A DNA stretch of 64,000 nt from positions 2,048,001 to 2,112,000 of the forward strand of contig CBDFMQ010000002.1 in NCBI GenBank assembly GCA_965249725.1. Reading direction: 5' to 3'. Below the pieces are notes generated by a model. The model saw only the letters and a list, made by a program, of their open reading frames with translations, made no database searches and was not told where the DNA came from. The stretch is from Longimicrobiales bacterium. GTDB taxonomy: Bacteria > Gemmatimonadota > Gemmatimonadetes > Longimicrobiales > Gaopeijiaceae. This document shows, in pieces, positions 9,722 to 20,720 of this stretch; within the stretch, counting starts at the first letter, position 1; each line of letters starts with the position of its first letter. The translations under genes and the position numbers were made by a program.

Positions 9722-10762
9722 TCACACGTTGAACCGCACGTGCATGATATCGCCGTCGGCGACCACGTAGTCCTTGCCTTCGACCTGCAACCTCCCGGCA
9801 TCCTTCACCGCTTGTTCCGAACCGAGCTCCATGAAGGCTTTGTAGGGAGTGACTTCGGCGCGAATGAAGCCGCGTTCCAGATCCGAGTGGATCCGTCCGG
9901 CCGCAGGACGGGCGGTCGTGCCGCGCCGGATGGTCCAGGCCCGCACCTCGTCCTCACTCACCGTGAAGAACGAAATGAGGTCGAGCAGGCCGTAGGCCGT
10001 GCGGATGAACCTGGCGAGCGCCGATTCGCGCAGGCCGAGGTCCTCCAAAAAGGCAGCCTGGTCTTCGGCGTCGAGTCCCGCGATCTCAGCTTCCACGCTC
10101 GCGGAGAGGACGAGGCCTGCGGCCTTCAGCTCGCCCAGGCGAGAGTCCAGGTCCGAGGGCAACTCCTCGGCCGCCCGATCCTCAGCGCGATTGAGCGCCA
10201 CTAGGAGGGGCCGATCCGAGAGCAAGCCGTATCCCTTCAGGTAATCCCGGTTGAGGTCTTGGGCCGGAACCGAACGAAGCGGTCGCTCTTCTCCGAGCGC
10301 GGCTCGCATCGTCTCGAACGCGGCCACCTCCTGAGCTTCGGCCTGTTCCTTCTTCGCTCGGTCGAGTCGGCGTTCGACGATCTCGAGGTCGGCGAAGATG
10401 CACTCGGTGTGAAACGCCTCCAGATCCGCCTTGGGGTCCGGATTCCCTTCGATGGCAGGATTGGCGAAGTCCCTGAGCACGAGACAGAGAGCCTCTTGGT
10501 CCCTGATCTGTTGGAGAGCCCGAGCCGAAAGTCCCTTCTTCTCGGCTCCGTGCTCTCCGGGGATGTCGCAGAAGCTCATCTCGGCATAGGTGGTCTTCTT
10601 CGGCGAGAAGATGCGGGACAGTGCGTCGATGCGGGCATCCGGCACGTGCACGGTTCCAAGGCGGACCTCGCCGGCGAAACCCACCGGTACGTCCTGCCCT
10701 GTCATTGCGTTGAATACCGTGGTCTTCCCCGACCCCGCGAACCCGACCAAACCGATCTTCAT
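9722..10762 (-). CDS. ychF: YchF-like Obg-family ATPase (divergent P-loop)
   Basis: GFAGSGKTT, DIPG, EVRAWTI, AGRIHSDLERGFIRAEV, EGKDYVVADGDIMHVRFNV. Confidence 0.85.
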   Translation of the reverse strand: MKIGLVGFAGSGKTTVFNAMTGQDVPVGFAGEVRLGTVHVPDARIDALSRIFSPKKTTYAEMSFCDIPGEHGAEKKGLSARALQQIRDQEALCLVLRDFANPAIEGNPDPKADLEAFHTECIFADLEIVERRLDRAKKEQAEAQEVAAFETMRAALGEERPLRSVPAQDLNRDYLKGYGLLSDRPLLVALNRAEDRAAEELPSDLDSRLGELKAAGLVLSASVEAEIAGLDAEDQAAFLEDLGLRESALARFIRTAYGLLDLISFFTVSEDEVRAWTIRRGTTARPAAGRIHSDLERGFIRAEVTPYKAFMELGSEQAVKDAGRLQVEGKDYVVADGDIMHVRFNV

Positions 10763-11145
10763 TACCTCTCCGTCGTTTCAGGAAGCATACAGTATAGCGG
10801 AAATCTGGACGCCCACGTGGCCGGCACAAACTACGCTCATCCGGAAAACTATCCCGTCCAACGGCGAGTTTTCCACAACCAAAAGACCAGTCGAAAGGCC
10901 CTTTGCCGCTGGCACGGATCTCGCCTCAATAGGTTTTCGTAGTCCATTTCAAGCAGCATCTCCACCGGTCGTCCTCACTCCGAGGTGATGAGTCAGGAGA
11001 AGCTCGAGCGGGAGAGCTCTCTTGCGCATCTTCTCGTTCCCACCCCGTGCCGGACTCAGTGGCCCGGATCAGTGCCTCTTCGCAGCACAGATGTGTCCCA
11101 AACACTGGGACGGCATACGACTCTCGGCCAACGGAGGGATGACCC

Positions 11146-11292
11146 ATGTATAGAAGACCGGGTTCATCCGGCGGCGCCGGGCTCTTCGCGTTCTTCCTCG
11201 TTGTCTGCGGTGCTCTCTACCTCGGTGCGTGTCCGGATTCCACGGGCACGCCGGAGCCGAAGGAAGCGCAGGTTCGACCCTGGGCCTACTAA
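11146..11292 (+). CDS. Putative 48-aa small lipoprotein (not in the ORF track)
   Basis: GGAGGG RBS; MYRRPGSSGGAGLFAFFLVVCGALYLGA-CPDSTGTPEPKEAQVRPWAY with basic n-region, h-region and LGAC lipobox. Confidence 0.55.
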   Translation: MYRRPGSSGGAGLFAFFLVVCGALYLGACPDSTGTPEPKEAQVRPWAY

Positions 11293-11587
11293 CGTTCCGC
11301 CTGGTACGTTTCGGCAGTACGACAAGAACCGAGTAGGATCGAGTAGGCGCACAGGACCTCACAGACCCCCGTCGGAAGTAACGAACGGCGCTCGAGCGGT
11401 GGTTCAGAGACATTCGACGACCCATACGTTCGGCCTTCCGGCGGGTATCCAATGCCTTGACAGTCCGGGGCAGTTTCCGTCATATCTAGGCGCTTCCATC
11501 GTTCTTTGGCCGTACACATGGCGCGGTAGGCGTCCCGCCCTTATGCGTCCCGCCACACAGAAGAAGAGCATGAACCGGAACAAGACA

Positions 11588-11674
11588 ATGACCTTTAGTC
11601 TTGACTGCCTTCGACTTACCGGGCTTCTTCCGCCGATAAGAGGGCACCGGTTCGTGCAGCTCGGGACGACCTGA
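11588..11674 (+). CDS. leuL: leu operon leader peptide (28 aa; alternative start 11570)
   Basis: MTFSLDCLRLTGLLPPIRGHRFVQLGTT; five CTT Leu codons in the first 14; directly upstream of the attenuator and leuA. Confidence 0.75.
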   Translation: MTFSLDCLRLTGLLPPIRGHRFVQLGTT

Positions 11675-11702
11675 GCGAACGGAATCGGAAGCGCGAAACG
11701 CG

Positions 11703-11738
11703 CGGGCCCTCTCGGAAACGAGGGGGCCCGATTTTTTT
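11703..11738 (+). terminator. Attenuator (intrinsic terminator) of the leu operon
   Basis: 12-bp stem CGGGCCCTCTCG/CGAGGGGGCCCG, GAAA loop, T7 tract, 35 nt before leuA. Confidence 0.9.
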
Positions 11739-11773
11739 GGGGTTGGCACTAGAAGGCGGTTGAAGGAAACACA

Positions 11774-13330
11774 ATGGCCAAGATCACAGTGTTCGATACG
11801 ACACTCCGGGACGGCGAGCAGTCTCCGGGTTGCACGATGTCCACCGCTGAGAAGCTCAGGATGGCACATCGACTCGACGAGTTGGGGGTCGACGTCATCG
11901 AGGCGGGTTTTCCCGTCGCGTCCGACGACGATTTCAACGGGGTCCGCTCCATCGTCCGCGAAGTACGGCGGCCCATCATTGCCGCGCTCGCACGAGCGCA
12001 TCCGGTCGATGTCGACCGGGCTGCCAAGGCGGTCGAGGAGGCACAAAATCCTCGCGTGCACGTCTTCCTCGCCACCTCCGACATACACCTCGAGCACAAG
12101 CTCGAGATCACGCGCGACGAGTGCCTAGCCCGGGTCGTAGAGGCCGTGGAAAGGGCGCGCCAACTCGCGGACGACGTGGAGTTCAGCGCGGAGGACGCTA
12201 CCCGAACCGACGTCGGATTCCTCTGTCAGGTCGCGCAAGCAGCAGTAGAGGCAGGCGCCACGACCATCAACATCCCGGACACGGTGGGCTACACCCTGCC
12301 CAGGGAGTACGCCGCACTCATGCAGACGCTGTTCCGTGAGGTGGAAGGTCTGGACGAGGTGGTGGTCAGCGTGCACTGCCACGATGACCTCGGACTGGCC
12401 GTGGCGAACTCTCTGGCCGCCATCGAGGCGGGAGCCCGTCAGGTCGAATGCACGATCAACGGCATCGGTGAGCGGGCGGGTAACGCTTCGCTGGAGGAGA
12501 TCGTGATGGCCCTCAAGGTGCGCGGCGACCTGACGGAGCACTTCACGGACGTCAACACGCGTGAACTCTACAAGGCGAGCCAACTCCTGTCTCACATCAC
12601 AGGGATGAACCCCCAGGCCAATAAAGCCATCGTGGGCAAGAACGCGTTCGCTCACGAGGCCGGCATCCATCAGCACGGAATGCTGAAGGAGAAGATGACC
12701 TACGAGATCATGACCCCCGAGATGGTTGGCCAACCCGACACACAGCTCGTGTTGGGGAAGCACTCGGGTCGGGCCGGGCTCAAGAACCGGTATGAGGAGC
12801 TGGGCTACGAGTTGGAGCCCGAAGAGCTGGATCGGGCGTACAAGCTGTTCACCCTCCTGGCGGATCAGAAGAAGACCGTCCTGGACGAGGATCTGCTGGT
12901 GATCCTGCACCATGGGGCGATGGTGGATACTCCGAGGTCGTTCCGCCTCGTGGAGCTCGATGTGCACTGCGGAGGGGAATGGTCCACGGCGCGCGTAAGG
13001 CTCAGGCACGGTGACGGCGCACCCATGGAGGCGTCTGGCAAGGGAGACGGCCCCATCGCGGCGACGTTCTCGGCCATCGACGAACTGATCGACGCCACGG
13101 TGGAAATCGTGGACTTCGAGATCGTCGCGGCCACGCCGGGCCGGGACGCCGTGGGTGAGGTCAACCTGCACGCGCGCATCGGTGGTCAGACGTTCTCCGG
13201 CAGCGGGGCGTCCACTGATGTGGTCGATGCCGCAGCCCGCGCCTACGTGAACGCCCTCAACAAGGCGGAACAAGCCAAGGCGCTGGAGGGCATGGAGTTG
13301 GAGAAGGAGAGCTACCTGTGGGGTGTCTGA
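11774..13330 (+). CDS. leuA: 2-isopropylmalate synthase
   Basis: FDTTLRDGEQSPG, HCHDDLG, NGIGERAGN, C-terminal regulatory domain. Confidence 0.97.
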   Translation: MAKITVFDTTLRDGEQSPGCTMSTAEKLRMAHRLDELGVDVIEAGFPVASDDDFNGVRSIVREVRRPIIAALARAHPVDVDRAAKAVEEAQNPRVHVFLATSDIHLEHKLEITRDECLARVVEAVERARQLADDVEFSAEDATRTDVGFLCQVAQAAVEAGATTINIPDTVGYTLPREYAALMQTLFREVEGLDEVVVSVHCHDDLGLAVANSLAAIEAGARQVECTINGIGERAGNASLEEIVMALKVRGDLTEHFTDVNTRELYKASQLLSHITGMNPQANKAIVGKNAFAHEAGIHQHGMLKEKMTYEIMTPEMVGQPDTQLVLGKHSGRAGLKNRYEELGYELEPEELDRAYKLFTLLADQKKTVLDEDLLVILHHGAMVDTPRSFRLVELDVHCGGEWSTARVRLRHGDGAPMEASGKGDGPIAATFSAIDELIDATVEIVDFEIVAATPGRDAVGEVNLHARIGGQTFSGSGASTDVVDAAARAYVNALNKAEQAKALEGMELEKESYLWGV

Positions 13331-14411
13331 CGTGACGTGGCGCCTCGCGGTCCTTCCGGGAGACGGAGTCGGCCCTGAGGTAACGGACGCCGCGGTACAG
13401 GTGCTGCTCGCAGCGGCGGAGCGGTTCGGGCACGAAGCGGACCTGCAGTTCCACGACGTGGGGTGGACCGCCTTTGATCGACACGGCGTCCCTCTCCCGG
13501 ATTCGACACTCGACGCCTGCAAGGCCGCGGACGCGGTACTGCTGGGAGCGGTGGGGGACCCGCGCGGAGACGGCCTCGATCCCGAGCTCCGTCCCGAGGC
13601 TGCTCTCCTCGCGCTGCGGCAAGAGATGGGCTGCTTCGCCAACCTGCGGCCGGTTCGTCTCGTTCCGGCCCTGGCGGACGCGTCTCCTCTGCGGCGCGAC
13701 CGCGTCGACGGCACGGACCTCGTCATCGTCCGGGAGCTGGCCGGCGGACTCTACTACGGACAGCCTCGCGGACCCGTCGATGACGGCGACGCCGCACTCG
13801 ACACCATGAAGTACAGCCGCGACGAAGTGGTCAGGATCGCCAAGGTCGCCTTCGAGACCGCGCGTGGTAGGCGACAGCAGGTGCTGTCCATCGACAAGGC
13901 CAACGTCCTGTACAGCTCTCGGTTGTGGCGTGCGGTGGTCAACGAGGTCGCCGCGGACTACCCCGACGTAGAGTGCACCCACATGCTGGTCGACCGGGCC
14001 GCAATGGAGCTGGTGCTCGATCCCGCTCAGATCGATGTGATGCTCACGGCCAACCTGTTCGGCGACGTGCTGAGTGACGAGGCGGCCGCGGTGGTGGGAT
14101 CGATCGGGCTGCTCGCCTCGGCCAGCATCGGCGGTGGCGGTGGGATCTTCGAGCCCGTTCACGGCTCTGCTCCGGACATCGCGGGCACAGGCACCGCCAA
14201 TCCGCTGGCTATGATCCTGTCGACGGCCCTGCTGCTACGTCATGTGTACGGACACGAGGAAGAAGCGACGGCGATCGAAACCGCCGTGGAGCAGGTGCTC
14301 GGGACGGGCTTGCGGACCGCTGACCTGGCTCGCGACGGTGAAGCTTCGATAGGCACCGAAGCGATGGGTGAAGCGGTCGCGACGGCCGTGGAGGCATCGG
14401 CCCTTGCCTAG
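13323..14411 (+). CDS. leuB: 3-isopropylmalate dehydrogenase
   Basis: [40 protein letters not shown]. Confidence 0.96.
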   Translation: MSDVTWRLAVLPGDGVGPEVTDAAVQVLLAAAERFGHEADLQFHDVGWTAFDRHGVPLPDSTLDACKAADAVLLGAVGDPRGDGLDPELRPEAALLALRQEMGCFANLRPVRLVPALADASPLRRDRVDGTDLVIVRELAGGLYYGQPRGPVDDGDAALDTMKYSRDEVVRIAKVAFETARGRRQQVLSIDKANVLYSSRLWRAVVNEVAADYPDVECTHMLVDRAAMELVLDPAQIDVMLTANLFGDVLSDEAAAVVGSIGLLASASIGGGGGIFEPVHGSAPDIAGTGTANPLAMILSTALLLRHVYGHEEEATAIETAVEQVLGTGLRTADLARDGEASIGTEAMGEAVATAVEASALA

Positions 14412-15804
14412 GACAATGCTCGACAAGATCTGGGACGCCCATCTCGTGCACAGCGAAGAAGGCAAGCCGGACCTGCTCTATATCGATCTCCACCTGCTCC
14501 ATGAGGTTACCTCCCCGCAGGCGTTCGAAGGGCTTCGCCTGGCGGGTCGGAGCGTTCGGCGCCCCGAACTATGCGTGGCCACCGTCGATCACAATGTGCC
14601 CACGACCGATCGCTCGCTTCCCATCGTCGACGACCTCGCGCGTCTTCAGATCGAGGCTCTGAGGAAGAACGCTAAGGAGTTCGGGGTCGAGCTCTTCGAC
14701 GTCGACAGCCCCAACCAAGGGATCGTCCACGTCATCGGACCGGAGATGGGCCTTACGCAGCCGGGCATGACCATCGTTTGCGGCGATAGCCACACGTCGA
14801 CTCACGGAGCGTTCGGAGCGCTCGCTATGGGCATCGGCACCTCTCAAGTCGAGCATGTTCTCGCCACACAGTGCATGCCCCGCGCCCGGCCCAAGTCGAT
14901 GGAAATTCGGGTGAACGGAGATCTACCCCCCGGCGTGACGGCAAAGGACCTGATTCTCGGGATCATCGCCCAGATCGGGATCGGGGGCGGCACCGGACAC
15001 GTCATCGAGTACACGGGCGAAGCCATCCGCACCCTCTCCATGGAAGGGCGCATGACGGTCTGCAACATGTCGATCGAAGCGGGCGCGCGCGCGGGCATGA
15101 TCGCCCCCGACGAGACCACCTTCAGATACTTGGAAGGGCGGCCTCGAGCGCCACAAGGCGCCGATTTCGATAAGGCCGTTTCCCGCTGGCGGAAACTCGC
15201 CACCGACGACGGTGCGAGATTCGACAGCACGGTGGAGATCGACGCGGCAGGGCTGGCGCCTTGGGTCACGTGGGGGACCAATCCAGGCATGTCGATACCG
15301 ATTACCGGCACGATTCCGGGGGCCGAAGCCGATGGGTCGGCCGACGACCGGGAGGCGGTCCAGCGGGCCTTGGCCTACATGGACCTGACGCCTGGCACGC
15401 CGATCCAGGACGTCTCCATCGATCGGGTCTTTCTCGGCTCGTGCACCAACGCCCGAATCGACGACTTGCGGGCGGCCGCCTCGATCCTGGACGGGCGCCG
15501 GGTACACGACGACGTACGCGCGATGGTGGTGCCCGGATCGGCGGCGGTGAAGAAGGCAGCCGAGGAGGAGGGCCTCGATCGAGTGTTCATCGAAGCCGGT
15601 TTCGAGTGGAGGGAAGCCGGGTGCTCGATGTGCCTAGGGATGAACCCGGACATCCTCGATCCTGGTGAGCGTTGTGCGTCGACGTCGAACCGCAACTTCG
15701 AGGGACGTCAGGGTCGAGGTGGGCGGACGCATCTCGTGAGTCCGCAGATGGCGGCGGCAGCGGCCGTGGCTGGTCACTTCGTCGACATCAGGGATTGGGG
15801 CTGA
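14404..15804 (+). CDS. leuC: 3-isopropylmalate dehydratase large subunit
   Basis: TTG start ([10 protein letters not shown]) after [41 protein letters not shown]. Confidence 0.97.
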   Translation: MPRTMLDKIWDAHLVHSEEGKPDLLYIDLHLLHEVTSPQAFEGLRLAGRSVRRPELCVATVDHNVPTTDRSLPIVDDLARLQIEALRKNAKEFGVELFDVDSPNQGIVHVIGPEMGLTQPGMTIVCGDSHTSTHGAFGALAMGIGTSQVEHVLATQCMPRARPKSMEIRVNGDLPPGVTAKDLILGIIAQIGIGGGTGHVIEYTGEAIRTLSMEGRMTVCNMSIEAGARAGMIAPDETTFRYLEGRPRAPQGADFDKAVSRWRKLATDDGARFDSTVEIDAAGLAPWVTWGTNPGMSIPITGTIPGAEADGSADDREAVQRALAYMDLTPGTPIQDVSIDRVFLGSCTNARIDDLRAAASILDGRRVHDDVRAMVVPGSAAVKKAAEEEGLDRVFIEAGFEWREAGCSMCLGMNPDILDPGERCASTSNRNFEGRQGRGGRTHLVSPQMAAAAAVAGHFVDIRDWG

Positions 15805-15807
15805 CCC

Positions 15808-16407
15808 ATGGAGCCGTTCACCACACACACGGGGTTGGTCGCACCGCTGGATCGGGTGGATGTAGACACCGATCAGATCATTCCCAAGCAGTTCCTGAAA
15901 CGCATCGAACGTACGGGCTATGGCCAGTTCCTCTTCAACGACTGGCGGACACTCGAAGACGGGTCTCCGAATCCGGAGTTTGCTCTGAACCAGCCCGAGT
16001 ACGAGGGAGCGAGCATCCTCGTAGCCGGCCGCAATTTCGGGTGCGGATCGTCTCGCGAGCATGCCCCCTGGGCGCTCAGCGATTTCGGATTTCGGACCGT
16101 CATCGCGTCGAGCTTCGCGGACATCTTCCGGAGCAACAGCTTTCAGAACGGCCTGCTTCCCCTCCAGCTCACCGAGGATGAGGTCGAGCACGTGATGACC
16201 GCCGCGCTGTCAGGTGACGGGTATACGCTCACGGTGGACCTGGAGGCACAGCGGGTAAGCGATGGGACGGGTTGGCAGGCGGACTTCTCCGTGGATCCGT
16301 TTCGCCGCGACTGCCTGTTGAACGGGCTGGACGACATCGCATTGACCCTGCAGGTCGAGGATCGGATCCAGGAGTTCGAGGACGCACGCGGGGTGTCCGC
16401 GGGCTGA
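15808..16407 (+). CDS. leuD: 3-isopropylmalate dehydratase small subunit
   Basis: [26 protein letters not shown]. Confidence 0.97.
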   Translation: MEPFTTHTGLVAPLDRVDVDTDQIIPKQFLKRIERTGYGQFLFNDWRTLEDGSPNPEFALNQPEYEGASILVAGRNFGCGSSREHAPWALSDFGFRTVIASSFADIFRSNSFQNGLLPLQLTEDEVEHVMTAALSGDGYTLTVDLEAQRVSDGTGWQADFSVDPFRRDCLLNGLDDIALTLQVEDRIQEFEDARGVSAG

Positions 16408-16449
16408 CGCCCTAACCCGCAGGATCCAAGCCGTCGCGACTCGCGGTGG

Positions 16450-16614
16450 TCAGGGTCCTGTCAGGCGCTCCTCGATACGGGCCAACCGGGCCTCGATCTC
16501 ACGGAGCTGGTGGAGGATCATGACGTGCGTCTTCTTGGCGTCGATTCCCACCGGGCTGGCTTCGCTGCCGATCTCTGCCTCGATGGCCTGATATTGATCC
16601 TCCGGGATGTTCAT
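16450..16614 (-). CDS. Small hypothetical protein (54 aa, coiled-coil C-terminus)
   Basis: AGGAG RBS; MNIPEDQYQAIEAEIGSEASPVGIDAKKTHVMILHQLREIEARLARIEERL. Confidence 0.7.
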   Translation of the reverse strand: MNIPEDQYQAIEAEIGSEASPVGIDAKKTHVMILHQLREIEARLARIEERLTGP

Positions 16615-16840
16615 GGCTGGCTCCTGACCGTCGTTCGAGTCCGTAGGGTGAAAGCTGTGGTCGTCCGGGCAGGACCACAGACGTCGTGTGGGCAGAACGA
16701 TACGGGAACACGGACCGGCCGGCCAAACCGCCCCCACCGGACTCGGATCCCCTGGCCCGGAGACGGCCAGTAGAGAAGATTGCTCGTGCAGTCGCTTCAG
16801 CCGTCTCCGTTTGGTGCGGCTCGTTCCAAGGAGGAATGTC

Positions 16841-19096
16841 ATGGTCCGGTGTCTCCCTCGATCGCGTGCCCTCGTCACCTCGTTCCTGGTCGGCCTCGTC
16901 CTGGTGCCTTCGGCCGCCCTGGCTCAGGACCGGACGGGACGGGCCTTCACCCCCGAGGACGCTCTCGATGTGCGCACCGCTCGGATTCAGGATGTCTCCG
17001 AGGACGGCGCATGGATCGCGGCTACCGTGCAGCGCCACCGGGACCGACTCAACGTGGACCACGAGCGTTTCGGAGACCCCACGTACGTCTCCCCCTCTCT
17101 GGCCGAGGTCCTGGTCGTCGACACGCGCACGGGTGAAGAGCGATCGCTCTTCGACAAGCGGCTGGTGGCGAGAGCCTTCTCCTGGTCCGACGACAGTTCC
17201 CGGCTGGCCTTCTTCGCTCACGTGGACGACGCTTTCCAGTTGATGCTCTACGACGCCGGTCGAGACCGGCTCACGACGGTGGCCCTCCGCACCGAGCTGG
17301 AAATCTCATCCAGCTCGCCGCTGGATTGGAGTCCGGACGGATCGGCCGTTCTGGTAGGGTTCCGTCCCGAGGGATGGGCCGACGAGTCCCGGAGTGCGTA
17401 CTTGGCCATGGCGGAAGGACCGATCGTGGTCCAAGACTCCGCCAACGACTTCCTGGCGTGGGACGCCGTTCGGAAACGGTCGGCCGACATGATCACCGCC
17501 ACGGTGACGCTTTCCGACGGCGCCGTCCGCGAAATCGTGCCCGAGGCGCCGGTGCAGCAGCCGCAGTTCTCACAGAATGGGTCCTACGTCACCTACATGG
17601 TGGCGACCCGCTTGAAGACCTCCTACGAGCGTGCGAAGGGTACCGAGTACGAGATCTTCCAGCTCGATCTGTCGGGTGGGGACCCCCGCTCCGTACACCC
17701 TGCCACCGAGACCCGGCTCCGACCGGTTTGGAGTGAGGCCGGGGATGCCTTCGCGTATAGCGACGAAGGCAACGTCTTCGTCCGGCTCCTGTCGGCCGAC
17801 AGCGTGGTGAACCTCACGGAAGAGCACCGCACGCCGCTCGCGGAGGACGACTCCACGAAGATGAAGTTCACGGCCATGCAGTGGCGCCCCGACGGCGACG
17901 CCCTGCTCGTGAGCTCGCAGGAGGGCTATCACCTCCTCGACGCCGGTTCGGGCGACCTGGAGATGGTCTACGAGTTCGAGGGTGAGGAAGAAGAGCGTCC
18001 GCGCCTGGCGCTACAGTCATGGAGCCAGGACGGGCGCTATCTCTACCTGAGCTACTCGGCTCACGATCATTGGGAGCGCGGCCTGGTGCGCTACGACCTC
18101 CAGGACCGCGAGATGGAGGACCTGATCAAGGACGAGAGCCTCTACCGAAGCTGGAACGTCTCCAAAGACGGGGGCACCATCGTCTACGCCCATTCCGACG
18201 GGAACGAGCCCGACGAGCTTTGGGCCGCATCAGGGTCCATGACCAACGCGCGTCGGCTCACCGATCTGAATCCGCAGCTCGCCGATGTTCAGCTCACACG
18301 GAGCGAGCTCATCGAGTACCTCGATGTGGACGGCGAGAAGCTCTACGGCATCCTGTATTATCCCATCGATTACGAGCCCGGAAAGAAGTACCCCCTGGTG
18401 GCCGAGATCTACGAGACGTTTTTCGACAACGGCTACAACGCCAACATGAACATGTTGTCGAGCCAAGGATGGTTCGGCTTCCGCCCCTCCGTCGACCTAG
18501 AGATCGGGTACCCCGGTGAGGCGTGGCTGAAGGGTGTGACCACCGCCATCAACAAGGTCGTCGACCGTGGGCTGGTGGACGAAGACAAGTTGGGGGTCCA
18601 CGGCACCAGCTACGGCGGGTACGCGACCAACCTGCTCATCACGCAGACCGACCGTTTCGCGGCAGCTGTGAACATCTCAGGGAAGGTCAACATCATCAGC
18701 TTCCTGGGCGACAGCGAGAAGATCACCACGCGGAACTACGGCGCTGCCGAAGAGGGCCAGGACCGGATCGGCGCCACGCTCTGGGAGCAGCCGCAGAAGT
18801 ATGTGGAGCACTCGGCCATCATGTTCGCCGACCGCATCGACACGCCCCTGCTCATGCTCTCCGGTGAGGGTGATTGGAACGTGCCCGCCACCAACCAGCG
18901 CGAGATGTACTACGCGCTACGCAGGCTCGGGAAGAAGGTCACGTGGGTGAACTACATGCGGGCCGGACACGGCGCGGGTCGCGCCGGCACTGAGGAGGAT
19001 TTCCACGACCACTGGAACCGCATGTTCGAGTGGTACGGGACGTACTTCGAGAACGAGGACGCAGAGAAGGTCACCACGGACGGAGGCGCATCGTAG
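16841..19096 (+). CDS. Secreted S9 (prolyl oligopeptidase/acylaminoacyl) peptidase
   Basis: AAGGAGGA RBS, signal peptide, beta-propeller repeats, GTSYGG nucleophile, GEGDWNV, AGHG. Confidence 0.92.
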   Translation: MVRCLPRSRALVTSFLVGLVLVPSAALAQDRTGRAFTPEDALDVRTARIQDVSEDGAWIAATVQRHRDRLNVDHERFGDPTYVSPSLAEVLVVDTRTGEERSLFDKRLVARAFSWSDDSSRLAFFAHVDDAFQLMLYDAGRDRLTTVALRTELEISSSSPLDWSPDGSAVLVGFRPEGWADESRSAYLAMAEGPIVVQDSANDFLAWDAVRKRSADMITATVTLSDGAVREIVPEAPVQQPQFSQNGSYVTYMVATRLKTSYERAKGTEYEIFQLDLSGGDPRSVHPATETRLRPVWSEAGDAFAYSDEGNVFVRLLSADSVVNLTEEHRTPLAEDDSTKMKFTAMQWRPDGDALLVSSQEGYHLLDAGSGDLEMVYEFEGEEEERPRLALQSWSQDGRYLYLSYSAHDHWERGLVRYDLQDREMEDLIKDESLYRSWNVSKDGGTIVYAHSDGNEPDELWAASGSMTNARRLTDLNPQLADVQLTRSELIEYLDVDGEKLYGILYYPIDYEPGKKYPLVAEIYETFFDNGYNANMNMLSSQGWFGFRPSVDLEIGYPGEAWLKGVTTAINKVVDRGLVDEDKLGVHGTSYGGYATNLLITQTDRFAAAVNISGKVNIISFLGDSEKITTRNYGAAEEGQDRIGATLWEQPQKYVEHSAIMFADRIDTPLLMLSGEGDWNVPATNQREMYYALRRLGKKVTWVNYMRAGHGAGRAGTEEDFHDHWNRMFEWYGTYFENEDAEKVTTDGGAS

Positions 19097-19109
19097 GGGG
19101 GACGCTAGA

Positions 19110-20720
19110 TCACGACCCGCCCCCGTCGCTGACCGGCTTCCGCTCGTTCTTCTGCTCCTCTACCATCCGAGCGACGTCGGCCAGGAGCTCCTTGGCATCG
19201 TACACGATGCCGTCCTTGATCGTGTACACAACCCCGCCCACGCGGTCCGACATTCCGGTCTCGTCGTTCAGGCGTACGGCTCCCGTGCCGTAGAGTACCT
19301 TCAGATCGTCGATGGGGTTTTCTCCAACAACGACAAGGTCAGCCAGCATTCCTTCCCGAACGATCCCGAACTCGATCGGCTGGCCCTTCGGCTCGAAGAG
19401 AGCCTGCGCACCGTGCATGGTGGCGCCCCGGATGACCTCCAGGGGATGGAAACCGGCCTCCTGGAGAAGCTCCATCTCCTCGATGGTTGAGAATCCGAAC
19501 ACGTTGTAGATGTAGCCGGCGTCGGAACTCACAGTGACCCGCCCGCCCATGTCCTTGTAGTCGTCCAGAAGCTGGAACCACACGTTGTAGAAGTTCTTCC
19601 AGGCGATCTCGTCCCACGACGTCCAATCGTAGTAGTACGACCCGTGATTCTCACGGCTCGGCTCGTAGAAGTCCCACAACGACGGCAACGTGTACTTCTC
19701 ATGCCATTCCGCTGAACGGGCCCGCATGACGTCGCGGCTGGCGAGATAGGCCGTCATGGTCGGATCCATGATCAGATCGAGCTCGAGCAACTCCTCGAGT
19801 AGCGCGTTCCACTCGTCGCTTCCCGGGGGGTGGATCATGTCCCACTGCCGAGCCACCTCACCGAAGCGATGCTGCTCGTTGGCGTAGTTCATATCCGCCG
19901 GCCAGGGCTGGATGTCGGCATCGGCATAAAGCGCCTCGAAGAACCCGTAGTAGTGCGTGACGGTCCCGAGTCCCAGGCGGGCCGCGTCGAGAGCGTTCAT
20001 CTGTGCGACGCCCGTCTGGGCGAGGTGGGCTGTCGAGCCCAACCCCTGGACCTGCGCCTCGGACAGGATCGCTTCCATGAGCTCGGGGGGATGGGCACCG
20101 AGCTTGATCCCATCGATGCCGTTCGCGGCGGCCCAGCGTACCCAAGCCCGGGCCTGTTCCGGAGTCCGTACCGGACCCTGATCCCACCCTTGCCCCGGCC
20201 GGTGGTACACGAACATGCGGGGTGCCGTGATCTCGTTCCGGGCGCTACGGGCCTGTTCGCTCAGCGAGAAGTCCACGGGGCCGTACGACACGCCCCGGCC
20301 GGCGGTGATCCCGTGCGCCATCCAGAGTTTGTAGACGTATTCGGCCTCCGGCGTCTTCGGATCGCCGCCCGTGTGCAGGTGGAGGTCGACGAAACCGGGC
20401 ATTACGTACATGCCTTCGGCATCGATTTCGCGCGTGGCCCCCCCGGGTCGTCTCGATTCGTCGATAGGCACACCGGGCACGCCCACACCGACGATGGCCT
20501 CGATTCGGTTTCCCTCGACGACGATGTCGACGGGACCTCGTGGAGGCGCGCCTGTGCCGTCGATCACGATGGCCCCTCGGAGAATCAGTCGATCGAAGGG
20601 ACCCTCACCCTCGGTCCGATCGGGGGCCGGCTGCACCTGCGCGACAGCCGAGGCCGGCACCCAAAGGACGGTGAGGGTTGCCACCACCCGCATCAAGGAT
20701 TCGGGGCTGAACGACTTCAT
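19110..20720 (-). CDS. Secreted amidohydrolase family protein
   Basis: MPGFVDLHLH metal motif, VSSDAG, GMLADLVVV; signal peptide. Confidence 0.88.
   Translation of the reverse strand: MKSFSPESLMRVVATLTVLWVPASAVAQVQPAPDRTEGEGPFDRLILRGAIVIDGTGAPPRGPVDIVVEGNRIEAIVGVGVPGVPIDESRRPGGATREIDAEGMYVMPGFVDLHLHTGGDPKTPEAEYVYKLWMAHGITAGRGVSYGPVDFSLSEQARSARNEITAPRMFVYHRPGQGWDQGPVRTPEQARAWVRWAAANGIDGIKLGAHPPELMEAILSEAQVQGLGSTAHLAQTGVAQMNALDAARLGLGTVTHYYGFFEALYADADIQPWPADMNYANEQHRFGEVARQWDMIHPPGSDEWNALLEELLELDLIMDPTMTAYLASRDVMRARSAEWHEKYTLPSLWDFYEPSRENHGSYYYDWTSWDEIAWKNFYNVWFQLLDDYKDMGGRVTVSSDAGYIYNVFGFSTIEEMELLQEAGFHPLEVIRGATMHGAQALFEPKGQPIEFGIVREGMLADLVVVGENPIDDLKVLYGTGAVRLNDETGMSDRVGGVVYTIKDGIVYDAKELLADVARMVEEQKNERKPVSDGGGS

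Noticed and set aside
10985..11674. 229-aa ORF upstream of leuA
   Set aside because: R/S/P-rich with no recognisable motif; only its last 28-34 codons make sense, as the leader peptide
12125..13726. Long antisense ORFs (also 19830-21383, 35098-36741, 46282-47706, 54501-55760)
   Set aside because: Shadow frames of well-supported genes, expected in high-GC DNA
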